Assembly (NCBI GenBank): GCA_002720935.1
Contig: PBIV01000056.1
Location: 1 to 56,757 of the forward strand
Direction of reading: 5' to 3'
From: Rickettsiales bacterium
Lineage (GTDB): Bacteria > Pseudomonadota > Alphaproteobacteria > Micavibrionales > GCA-2720935
DNA: 56,757 nt
This document shows, in pieces, positions 26,049 through 33,226 of this stretch. Made by a program: the position numbers and the translations under genes. Numbering within the stretch: the first letter of the stretch is position 1; each line of letters begins with the position of its first letter. A model generated the notes under the pieces. That model was not told the DNA's origin. It saw nothing but the letters and a program-made list of their open reading frames with translations, and did not search any database.

Positions 26049-26300
26049 ATGAAAATTGAAAACTTAGAACAATTAGAAACAGCAATAAAACAGCTCAACA
26101 AATTTTATGAAATGTTAAAAGAAGCCCTGTTAAATTACACCATATGGAGTGCGTCCAAATCAAAAGATGTGTGCTTAACTTATGAATTACAATTTTACCA
26201 AAGCCAAATCGCACTATTGAAAAAGATTTATATTAGAATTCTGGATGAAATATATATGCTTTCTCTACCGCAAGAAAAGGAGGTCTTGAGAGTTGTTTAA
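26049..26300 (+). CDS. Hypothetical phage protein (83 aa), predicted helical
   Basis: RBS GGGGGA upstream. The 3' end overlaps the cI stop region. Confidence 0.45.
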   Translation: MKIENLEQLETAIKQLNKFYEMLKEALLNYTIWSASKSKDVCLTYELQFYQSQIALLKKIYIRILDEIYMLSLPQEKEVLRVV

Positions 26301-26956
26301 GCCCTAGCAACGATCGCACAGACCTTATCGACATCTTTTAAAGCGATTGTGTCCGTCTTTTCTGGGGAATATTGTTTATATAAATAGTAGTCCCCTTTTA
26401 AGGTCTCAAATTCTCTTACAAGGGCCTGACCATTTTTTAAGAAGAAAACGCATTCCTGCCCTCTCTCAGGAATCTTTTTCAAATCAACAAAAACTTTATC
26501 TCTAAATCTTAGCCTTGGTGCTAAGGCATCCGTCATAACAGGAATTTGAATACAATTCTCATTTATCGGGCTGACTGTCTTCTTTTCGGTCTCATAAAGA
26601 TTACCATCAAGCATGCTTTCACTATCTTCAATATCATAAACAGGTAGCTTTAACCCCTTATAATCTTGCGATGGGACGGCCACAACCACATCCTTAGCCT
26701 TAAATTCAGTTTCAAAACCATCAACATCGCCAAGAGCTAAAAGCTCTTCTTGTGATATTGGGGGCCTGCCCTTTCCAACGAGATATGGAATAATTGTTTT
26801 CAAAAACTTTAATGGAATCGGCCTATCGGAATACTGTGTCTCATATCTTTGATAGCTAGAGTGATTTGCATATCCAAGAACCTTGGCAATATCACGCATA
26901 GTGTAGCCCGCTCTAATACGCAAATTCTTTAACTCTTCTGAATAGTTTTCTTTCAT
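26297..26956 (-). CDS. cI: Prophage cI-type repressor (XRE HTH plus S24-like domain lacking catalytic Ser and Lys)
   Basis: HTH YTMRDIAKVLGYANHSSYQRYE. The C-terminal TDALAPRLRFRDKVFV...ALVREF aligns with GDSMxP...tvKRl, with Ser replaced by Ala and Lys by Arg. Divergent from the cro-like gene. Confidence 0.7.
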   Translation of the reverse strand: MKENYSEELKNLRIRAGYTMRDIAKVLGYANHSSYQRYETQYSDRPIPLKFLKTIIPYLVGKGRPPISQEELLALGDVDGFETEFKAKDVVVAVPSQDYKGLKLPVYDIEDSESMLDGNLYETEKKTVSPINENCIQIPVMTDALAPRLRFRDKVFVDLKKIPERGQECVFFLKNGQALVREFETLKGDYYLYKQYSPEKTDTIALKDVDKVCAIVARA

Positions 26957-26979
26957 TGCAAAATAATACCAAATTAAAA

Positions 26980-27032
26980 TTATGTTTTTTGTATGTTTTT
27001 TATATTGATTGTGTATGTTTTTAGTGTAATAT
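26980..27032. promoter_or_regulatory. cI/cro operator-promoter region (3 x TATGTTTTT repeats plus AGTGTAATAT)
   Basis: TATGTTTTT at 26981, 26992 and 27014. TAATAT (27026-31) lies only 8 nt before the cro-like ATG, so the mRNA may be leaderless. Confidence 0.55.
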
Positions 27033-27039
27033 TTACTCC

Positions 27040-27249
27040 ATGAACATTGTCGATACGATTATTGAGAAATTTGGCGGGATCAGACCAGCCGCCCGTAAAT
27101 TAGAAGAAGCCCCTGCAAATATTCAAGGGTGGTTAAAACGGGGGGTCATACCTGCCAAAAAACAACAAAAAGTTTTAGACACAGCCAAACAAAATGGCAT
27201 CGATCTAAAGCCTGCTGATTTTTTCTCAACCCCTGTTCGACATTCTTAA
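27040..27249 (+). CDS. cro: Cro/YdaS-like small DNA-binding protein
   Basis: FGGIRPAARKLEEAPANIQGWLKRGVIPAKK is the YdaS/Cro-like pattern. The position opposite cI fits. Confidence 0.6.
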   Translation: MNIVDTIIEKFGGIRPAARKLEEAPANIQGWLKRGVIPAKKQQKVLDTAKQNGIDLKPADFFSTPVRHS

Positions 27250-27275
27250 TATATCAAGGCTTAAGGGGCTAAAAC

Positions 27276-27719
27276 ATGGAAAACATTAACGATTTTGCGC
27301 ATGATACTGCGAAAAGAAAGTTTTGTACTTTATTACAGTTGTTTATTGGTCGGGGTCGAAAATATTCCGTCTCTATCATTGCTGAAGCAACGGGCATTTC
27401 AGACAGAACAATTCAAAGTTATGTAAGTGGGGAAAATGCCCCTACTTTGATGAACGCTCTTCGCTTAATGGAATTTCTGCCAACGGTCTTTACAAATGGT
27501 GTTCTCGAACTTGCAGGATATACAGGCGCTAAGAAAATTGATGTAGAGGCCGAAAACCCACATATCGTACTTTGTTCTATTTTAGAACAGGCAAGCTCAA
27601 TTTCAAAAGCCTTACAAGATGGTCATATTGACCACCAAGAAAAGGCTAAGCTCTTACAAGAACTCCCTCAAATTATAGCCATGCTACAGGGCTTTCATAG
27701 TGGATTGAAGGCGAGCTGA
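27276..27719 (+). CDS. HTH-containing early regulator (cII-position gene)
   Basis: SIIAEATGISDRTIQSYVSGENAPT is an HTH. Confidence 0.45.
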   Translation: MENINDFAHDTAKRKFCTLLQLFIGRGRKYSVSIIAEATGISDRTIQSYVSGENAPTLMNALRLMEFLPTVFTNGVLELAGYTGAKKIDVEAENPHIVLCSILEQASSISKALQDGHIDHQEKAKLLQELPQIIAMLQGFHSGLKAS

Positions 27720-27720
27720 G

Positions 27721-28101
27721 ATGAAAAAAGACTATAGAGACAGCATTAAAGAAAACGATATTCAAAAGGCGGTGGCCTATCAAATGGACATCTGGGAGAG
27801 AGCTGCGAATAGCTTTTTATGGTGGCACACCCCGAATGGCGAATTAAGACACCCCAAAGTTGGCGCGGAATTAAAGAAAATGGGAACAAAGTCAGGTATT
27901 CCCGATATTATCGTCCTACATAAAGGCGGTATCATCTTTATTGAGCTTAAAACAAGTACAGGGCGCATGGAGCCATCTCAAGAAGAATTCAAAGACGATG
28001 TTGAGGCTATGGGCCATACTTACTATTTGGTCAAAACATCTGATCCAAACTTGGCCGTTGCCGTCATAAGATCCCACTTAAAAAATCATGGGGTAATTTA
28101 A
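27721..28101 (+). CDS. VRR-NUC domain nuclease
   Basis: GIPDIIVLHKGGIIFIELKTSTGRMEPSQEEF matches the VRR-NUC (PD-(D/E)xK) signature. Confidence 0.7.
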   Translation: MKKDYRDSIKENDIQKAVAYQMDIWERAANSFLWWHTPNGELRHPKVGAELKKMGTKSGIPDIIVLHKGGIIFIELKTSTGRMEPSQEEFKDDVEAMGHTYYLVKTSDPNLAVAVIRSHLKNHGVI

Positions 28102-28775
28102 TGAGCACAGCCATCACACATAAAAAACTAACCTACCGCAATCAATCAGAGGCCTTTACACAAAAATGTAAAGAGTTAGAGCATTTTGAGACACCCTTAT
28201 GGGCGGTTGAGGCGATCTTAGACGTTGAAACGATGCCCCATTTCGTGATTGATCCATGTTGCGGTGGTGGTGTTCTATCCGAGGCCGTAAAACGCCGTGG
28301 ATCGCATGTAACATCTATAGACATTAATGACTGGGGTTATCATGGCGTTATTGTTCAAGATTTCTTAGAATCAAATATTGCTATTCCATCATGGGCAATA
28401 AACAGTAAAGCCCCGCTTGGTTTTATTATGAACCCACCCTTTACAAAGGCAGTTGAATTTATTGAAAAAGCCTTTGAATTAGGCGCAACAAAAATTTTAT
28501 GTTTTTGCCCAATTTCATTTTGGTCAAGTGGCGATCGTAAAGAATTCTGGGATCTTGGTTTAATAAGCCGTATTTGGGCATGTGCCGAGCGTGCAACATG
28601 CTGGCGCTATGATCTACCCTTTGATGAAAAAGGCACAAGATACAATCCTAATAGAGATTTAAAAGCCATGGGCGAAACCCCAACGATGCATGCGTGGTTC
28701 GTTTTTGAACGTGGACAAGGCACAACAAACCCACCTATCCACCGCTTATATAAAAACAAAGGCGGTGGCTCATGA
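28101..28775 (+). CDS. DNA N6-adenine methyltransferase (NPPF motif)
   Basis: Motif I VIDPCCGGGVL and motif IV IMNPPF. No cognate endonuclease is evident. Confidence 0.65.
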   Translation: MSTAITHKKLTYRNQSEAFTQKCKELEHFETPLWAVEAILDVETMPHFVIDPCCGGGVLSEAVKRRGSHVTSIDINDWGYHGVIVQDFLESNIAIPSWAINSKAPLGFIMNPPFTKAVEFIEKAFELGATKILCFCPISFWSSGDRKEFWDLGLISRIWACAERATCWRYDLPFDEKGTRYNPNRDLKAMGETPTMHAWFVFERGQGTTNPPIHRLYKNKGGGS

Positions 28776-29287
28776 CCGTTGTCGCTGTTAAAAAACAAAA
28801 TGGGATCGTATCTATTGCCTCGGATGATGCAACAACATCGGGATACACAACAATTTCAAATGCTGATAACAAAAGTTTTACCAAGCTTAAGCAGATTGGA
28901 AAATACACAATTGCAGGCTCTGGGCTAACCTCTATAACATCATTGCTATTTATGTATGCCAAAACCCACCTGATTAGAGAAAACTCAGAAGAAGGTGTTT
29001 TAGACTGGTTTAAAGGCTTCTTGGACTGGAGAAAAGAAAAGACTGGAGAGTACGGCATATCTTCAAACAATTTCATAATTGTCTGGGATAATAAAATATA
29101 TGAGTTCCAAGACTTCCAAGTCACAGAAATTCGCGAAAACTACGCAATCGGCTCTGGACGTGACTTTGCTCTAGCAGCAATGTACATGGGTGCATCTGCA
29201 AAAAAAGCAGTAGAGTGCGCTATTAATTTTGATTCCTACTGTTCAGCACCAGTTCATTTTTTTAACTGCATTGGTGGCAAGACATGA
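28772..29287 (+). CDS. HslV/proteasome-beta-like Ntn-hydrolase peptidase
   Basis: MTVVAVKKQNGIVSIASDDATT...KYTIAGSGLTS...AIGSGRDFALAAMYMG parallels E. coli HslV [21 protein letters not shown]...VIAGFAGGTA...AIGSGGPYAQAAARALL. Thr2 would be the nucleophile. Confidence 0.55.
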   Translation: MTVVAVKKQNGIVSIASDDATTSGYTTISNADNKSFTKLKQIGKYTIAGSGLTSITSLLFMYAKTHLIRENSEEGVLDWFKGFLDWRKEKTGEYGISSNNFIIVWDNKIYEFQDFQVTEIRENYAIGSGRDFALAAMYMGASAKKAVECAINFDSYCSAPVHFFNCIGGKT

Positions 29288-29304
29288 ATAATCAAATCAA
29301 AAGC

Positions 29305-29826
29305 TTAAACCAAATCATCGAGATCAACGTCAAGCGCCACCGCTATGGCTTTCAAAGTCTCTGGCGATCCAGTTCTGCGTCCACTCTCAATATCAGAGAT
29401 ATAGTTTTGAGAAAGGTCAGTTGCCTTCGCCAAGTCAATTTGGGTCATACTGCGATACTTTCTGTAAACTTTAACGGGATTATCGCCATTAAGAATATCA
29501 TTCAAGACGCTTTCTGGAAAAGTTTCCTCGCCACTATCAACGGCGGCTTTAAGCTCAAGGGCATCTTCCAAGTCTCGTACTCTTTGCTTAAGGCTCTCAT
29601 TCTCAACCAAAACTTTTTCTATAAAGTCTTTGCTTTGACGACCAAGGCTAGTACCAAAAGCCGCTTTAGGCTTTCTCGAGGAAGAAACTGTATCTGCTTT
29701 GTTCTTAACGACTTGGCGATTACCTCTAATAGCATGGCTTCCAGCTTTAGCAATAGGAGCATGCGGCTCAGAACTGGAAATAAATTTTCCAGATTTATTT
29801 TTATTGTTTTTTCTATCTTTAGTCAT
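29305..29826 (-). CDS. HigA/XRE-type antitoxin with a long basic N-terminal extension
   Basis: C-terminal HTH MTQIDLAKATDLSQNYISDIESGRR. Located directly downstream of the RelE-like toxin gene (1-nt overlap). Confidence 0.6.
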   Translation of the reverse strand: MTKDRKNNKNKSGKFISSSEPHAPIAKAGSHAIRGNRQVVKNKADTVSSSRKPKAAFGTSLGRQSKDFIEKVLVENESLKQRVRDLEDALELKAAVDSGEETFPESVLNDILNGDNPVKVYRKYRSMTQIDLAKATDLSQNYISDIESGRRTGSPETLKAIAVALDVDLDDLV

Positions 29827-30083
29827 TATTCATACACATCCTTTCTATGTCCTACTCTATACACTTCGATGATCTGCTCATCTTTTAAAACGATGTATAA
29901 AGCTCTATGTGGCTTTACTGATAATCTATATCCGTTCTGCACACCTGTAAGTGGCTTTAAGTTATTGTTCTTCGCAAAAGGGTCTTTTGCCACTTCTTTT
30001 AATTTATCAACGATCTTTGTAGAAACGGGCTTGCCCAATTTCTTTAGTTCCTTGATTGCTTTCTTTGTAAATCTCAATTCCAT
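29826..30083 (-). CDS. RelE/ParE-superfamily toxin (toxin-first, HigB-like order)
   Basis: MELRFTKKAIKELKKL...KPLTGVQNGYRLSVKPHRALYIVLKDEQIIEVYRVGHRKDVY is the classic RelE/ParE pattern. Confidence 0.7.
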   Translation of the reverse strand: MELRFTKKAIKELKKLGKPVSTKIVDKLKEVAKDPFAKNNNLKPLTGVQNGYRLSVKPHRALYIVLKDEQIIEVYRVGHRKDVYE

Positions 30084-30100
30084 GATTCTAGTATCGCACA

Positions 30101-30141
30101 TAGCGATATTAATGTCAATAATAAAAATCGCAATTAGCGAT
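30101..30141. promoter_or_regulatory. Candidate TA operator (AGCGATATT direct repeat and ATCGCaattaGCGAT palindrome)
   Basis: TAGCGATATT at 30101-10 and 30135-44. Palindrome at 30127-41. Located in the divergent region between the TA pair and rep. Confidence 0.4.
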
Positions 30142-30175
30142 ATTTTTTACATTTTATTAACTACAGGGGGTAAAA

Positions 30176-31228
30176 ATGAGCGGTTGGTATAAAATGCACC
30201 GTGGTTGGATGTCTGATGAGATGTTTAAGAATGAGCCCTTTACCGAAAGAGAAGCTTATGAGTGGCTTATTTCAGAAGCAGCCTATGAAGACGGCATAAA
30301 GAATGTTAAAGGCACTCCTATCGCTTTAAAACGGGGTCAATTATCACACTCTATTCGATTTATGGCGCAGGCTTGGCAATGGAAAAAAGGTAAAGTTGAA
30401 AGATATTTAGAAAAATTAAAAAAGTGGCAAAAAATCGAGACACAAAACGAGACAGTCCAACTTATTATAACTATTTGTAATTACAAGATATTTCAGGCTC
30501 GAAAAGAAGAAATCGAGACACCTACCGAGACAAAAGCAGGACAGGAGCAGGACAGGAGCGGGACAAACTATAATAATATAAATAATTTAAATAAATTAAA
30601 TAATAATAATCCCCTTACCCCTTATTCTGATCAATCTGATTTATCCGATCATGATGAAGCGGTGGCGAGTAATGATTTAAATATCCCTTTTGATAATCTT
30701 ATCGAAATCTGGAACACCAAGTGCGGTGGCTTACATGGAACGGTCAAAGAGCTGAATGATCAACAGCGTGAAAACCTAACCAATCTATTTATCAACCGAA
30801 TGGAATCTGACTTAGAGCGGTGGGCTGACTTTTGTGAAACGATCCGTCAATCAGCTTGGCTGACTGCTAGGCATGAAAACAATCAAGAATGGATTGCTTC
30901 GTTTGACTGGTGCATTACGCTTGGCAATGCCGATAAAATCTTAAACGGCTCTTATCCCGCCATTGTGCAAGAAGCCCCTGTAAAGCCGTTTCAGCCTGAA
31001 TTTAACGAATTTCAAGAGCGCTTAATAGCGGTGGGTAAGTTAGAACGGGTCAAGGCTCACAACCATTTCAAAGATGTAAGCTTTCGAATAGATCGGAAAA
31101 CCCTCCATGTCATCACAGACAAGCCCGTAAAGCGGGATTACATCAAACAATACCTATCTCAGGCCTTAGATCTCGCTTTCCTAAATTGGCAGGGCTTGAA
31201 ATATATCGAGGTTCAATGCTCGCAATAA
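30176..31228 (+). CDS. Replication initiator (lambda O / DnaD-like winged-helix N-terminus) with an internal origin
   Basis: The N-terminus WYKMHRGWMSDEMFKNEPFTEREAYEWLISEAAY...ALKRGQL is typical of phage replication proteins. Iterons and an AT-rich Asn-codon tract lie inside the ORF, as in lambda O. Confidence 0.65.
   Translation: MSGWYKMHRGWMSDEMFKNEPFTEREAYEWLISEAAYEDGIKNVKGTPIALKRGQLSHSIRFMAQAWQWKKGKVERYLEKLKKWQKIETQNETVQLIITICNYKIFQARKEEIETPTETKAGQEQDRSGTNYNNINNLNKLNNNNPLTPYSDQSDLSDHDEAVASNDLNIPFDNLIEIWNTKCGGLHGTVKELNDQQRENLTNLFINRMESDLERWADFCETIRQSAWLTARHENNQEWIASFDWCITLGNADKILNGSYPAIVQEAPVKPFQPEFNEFQERLIAVGKLERVKAHNHFKDVSFRIDRKTLHVITDKPVKRDYIKQYLSQALDLAFLNWQGLKYIEVQCSQ
30436..30565 (+). 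repeat. Prophage origin iterons inside rep
   Basis: CGAGACA at 30436, 30448, 30514 and 30526. CAGGACA/CGGGACA at 30537, 30548 and 30559 (11-12 bp phasing), followed by an AT-rich tract. Confidence 0.7.
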
Positions 31229-31254
31229 AAATAACGAAGAGAGGAAAACAGGGA

Positions 31255-31806
31255 ATGCCTAAAAAATATAAACTAAATAAATCAGGTCGCAAAAGAGATC
31301 CTAATGCTAAACGCCGTCAAACCACCGCCATGGGGCAAGGGCGCACCACAGAGCCAACACCAGAGCTTTTAGCTAAAAAAGAGATGGCAACAAACTCACG
31401 GTCTTTAATCGCTGAATTCCCGCCTTCTTGCTTGTTTGGCAAGGGTTTAATCAATAGTGATGAGCACTCAGCCGCTTGGGAATATTTCTCGCTATACACC
31501 AAGGTTTATAAATCCCCCCATGCGAAAGCTACGACGGCATTTTTAGAAAACGCTATCGATATAACACAAGCTATTGATGAAGAGCACGAAACAAAGTGCT
31601 TTGAAAAGATAAAGGCCGCTGAGCAAGTTTTGAAATCCGAGAGCGTGGATTTGTTTAAGACCGTTCGCAGGGCGTGTATTTCTTGGGAAATTTACTCAAA
31701 CCTCAATAAGCCTAATCTAACACCCCTTGAAAAGCATGAGATAGGCAAGATCGAAAAAGGTTTAAGAATAATCGCAGATGTATTCTCAGGAAGGAAAAAG
31801 AGGTAA
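31255..31806 (+). CDS. Hypothetical phage protein (184 aa from ATG 31255)
   Basis: RBS GAGAGGAAAACAGGGA upstream of 31255. The longer listed ORF overlaps the rep 3' end. Confidence 0.45.
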   Translation: MPKKYKLNKSGRKRDPNAKRRQTTAMGQGRTTEPTPELLAKKEMATNSRSLIAEFPPSCLFGKGLINSDEHSAAWEYFSLYTKVYKSPHAKATTAFLENAIDITQAIDEEHETKCFEKIKAAEQVLKSESVDLFKTVRRACISWEIYSNLNKPNLTPLEKHEIGKIEKGLRIIADVFSGRKKR

Positions 31807-31809
31807 AGA

Positions 31810-32142
31810 ATGAATAATCAAAAAAGACTAGATGATTTGCAAGTTTTAATCGCAAGCGAAAAAGAAGACGTCAAACGCCGACAAAGAAGAATATCTTTGC
31901 TTGAACGGGAAGCGGTGGAAATCGCTAAAAGGCTTTCAAACAAGAAAAACAACATCCCTAGAATATCTGATCATGCCCTTGTGCGATATTTAGAGCGCGT
32001 TAAGAAAATTGATGTTGATGCCATTAGAAAAGAAATTCTAACCGATGATGTCATTGCCCATATCAACACTGGCTGTAAAGCAATCAACCGCGGGCCATAT
32101 AGTTTTAAGATAGATAATAAAACCATAATCACTGTTTATTAA
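31810..32142 (+). CDS. Hypothetical phage protein (110 aa)
   Basis: ORF. The ISDHALVRYLERV segment is faintly DUF4258/BrnT-like but not diagnostic. Confidence 0.4.
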   Translation: MNNQKRLDDLQVLIASEKEDVKRRQRRISLLEREAVEIAKRLSNKKNNIPRISDHALVRYLERVKKIDVDAIRKEILTDDVIAHINTGCKAINRGPYSFKIDNKTIITVY

Positions 32143-32166
32143 ACGCCGTTTGAAAGAGAGAGTAAA

Positions 32167-32496
32167 ATGTTTATAACGCTAACCCATAGTTTTGATGATG
32201 AAAAAATCACAATTAGAAAATCTAAAATAAACCTCATTGAAAGAAGCTTTGAAGGCTCGAGAATTTATATAGAGGGTGTTAACTCTCCCTTAAATATCGT
32301 GGAAAGCTATGAAGAAGTCTTAAAAAAAATCGGTATTTCCAACACAAACTTGGATATAGATTTAAACATTGTACCTGGCACCGTTTATTTCAATGAAACA
32401 CCCCCAGAAAAATATACCATTGGCAATATAGTGTCTTACGTTACGGACGCCGTAAAAGAACAAATCAAGGACAGCAAAGAGAGTGAAGATAAGTAG
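32167..32496 (+). CDS. Hypothetical phage protein (109 aa)
   Basis: ORF with RBS AGAGAGAG upstream. Confidence 0.4.
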   Translation: MFITLTHSFDDEKITIRKSKINLIERSFEGSRIYIEGVNSPLNIVESYEEVLKKIGISNTNLDIDLNIVPGTVYFNETPPEKYTIGNIVSYVTDAVKEQIKDSKESEDK

Positions 32497-32518
32497 TCAT
32501 TCTTTTAAAAGCGGTGGA

Positions 32519-33148
32519 TTATCTATATTCAATTAATTGATATTCTTTTGTCGGATTGCTTACGGCTTTTAAGAAGTTCTTAATCATCTCATTCTTCATA
32601 TCGTCTATTGACTGGCACTCATCCAATTCTGCTTTAAATTGTGGAACCATTGAAAAGAAACTAAGTGCCGCAGCCCTCTCTATCAATATTCTGTAATCAT
32701 CCAACAATGGCTGAAGGCTATTATCTTTTACTAATTTACTCCAATTTTTTAAATGTTTTTCAGCTGTCTCAGAGTCTCTGATTGAAATTTTTCCACTAAA
32801 ATCAAAAGTGATATTTACATGGACGATTGTGTTTCTGTATTCACTCAGGTCATTCGCTTCTAATAGAACTTTTTTTAAAAGCTTGTAGTAAATATTATTC
32901 TTCTTTTCGTGTTTATTAATAATGCTTATCAGAGCATCACGCTGAGCACGATCTCCGCCCAGCTCAATCCACTCTTTTTGACTGTCTTCAATGTCTTTAT
33001 CACTAAGGGCATTGTAAACATTATTAAAATGAAACATTAGATGATTTGAAGACAAAACGATTTTGCCAATGTCATTAATGATCTTTGTGGCTTCTTTTTT
33101 ATCCTCTTCAGGCATATCTATCTTATCAATATCGAAGTTTAGAAACAT
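32519..33148 (-). CDS. Reverse-oriented moron protein with a HEPN-type RNxxxH motif (candidate RNase / abortive-infection protein)
   Basis: R105-N-T-I-V-H110 (EYRNTIVH) fits the HEPN Rx4-6H motif with Asn after Arg. About 200 aa and predicted all-helical. The only minus-strand gene between the replication and late modules. Confidence 0.4.
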   Translation of the reverse strand: MFLNFDIDKIDMPEEDKKEATKIINDIGKIVLSSNHLMFHFNNVYNALSDKDIEDSQKEWIELGGDRAQRDALISIINKHEKKNNIYYKLLKKVLLEANDLSEYRNTIVHVNITFDFSGKISIRDSETAEKHLKNWSKLVKDNSLQPLLDDYRILIERAAALSFFSMVPQFKAELDECQSIDDMKNEMIKNFLKAVSNPTKEYQLIEYR

Positions 33149-33174
33149 AAACCCCTCCCTTTAAATTTAGTGAC

Positions 33175-33204
33175 TTGACAGCATAACGCAAACCAAGGTA
33201 AAAT
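33175..33204 (+). promoter_or_regulatory. Near-consensus sigma70-type promoter (TTGACA-18-TAAAAT) ahead of the late region
   Basis: TTGACA at 33175-80 and TAAAAT at 33199-204. Confidence 0.5.
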
Positions 33205-33226
33205 ACACGTAATATAGGTTGAAGAA

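Noticed and set aside
29284-30192. 302-aa plus-strand ORF, the longest unexplained ORF in the early region
   Set aside because: It is antisense to a well-supported RelE/HigA-type pair that fills the same interval. Its product is low-complexity (Ser/Phe/Ile/Leu-rich), as expected for the reverse frame of AT-rich coding DNA. No RBS was seen.
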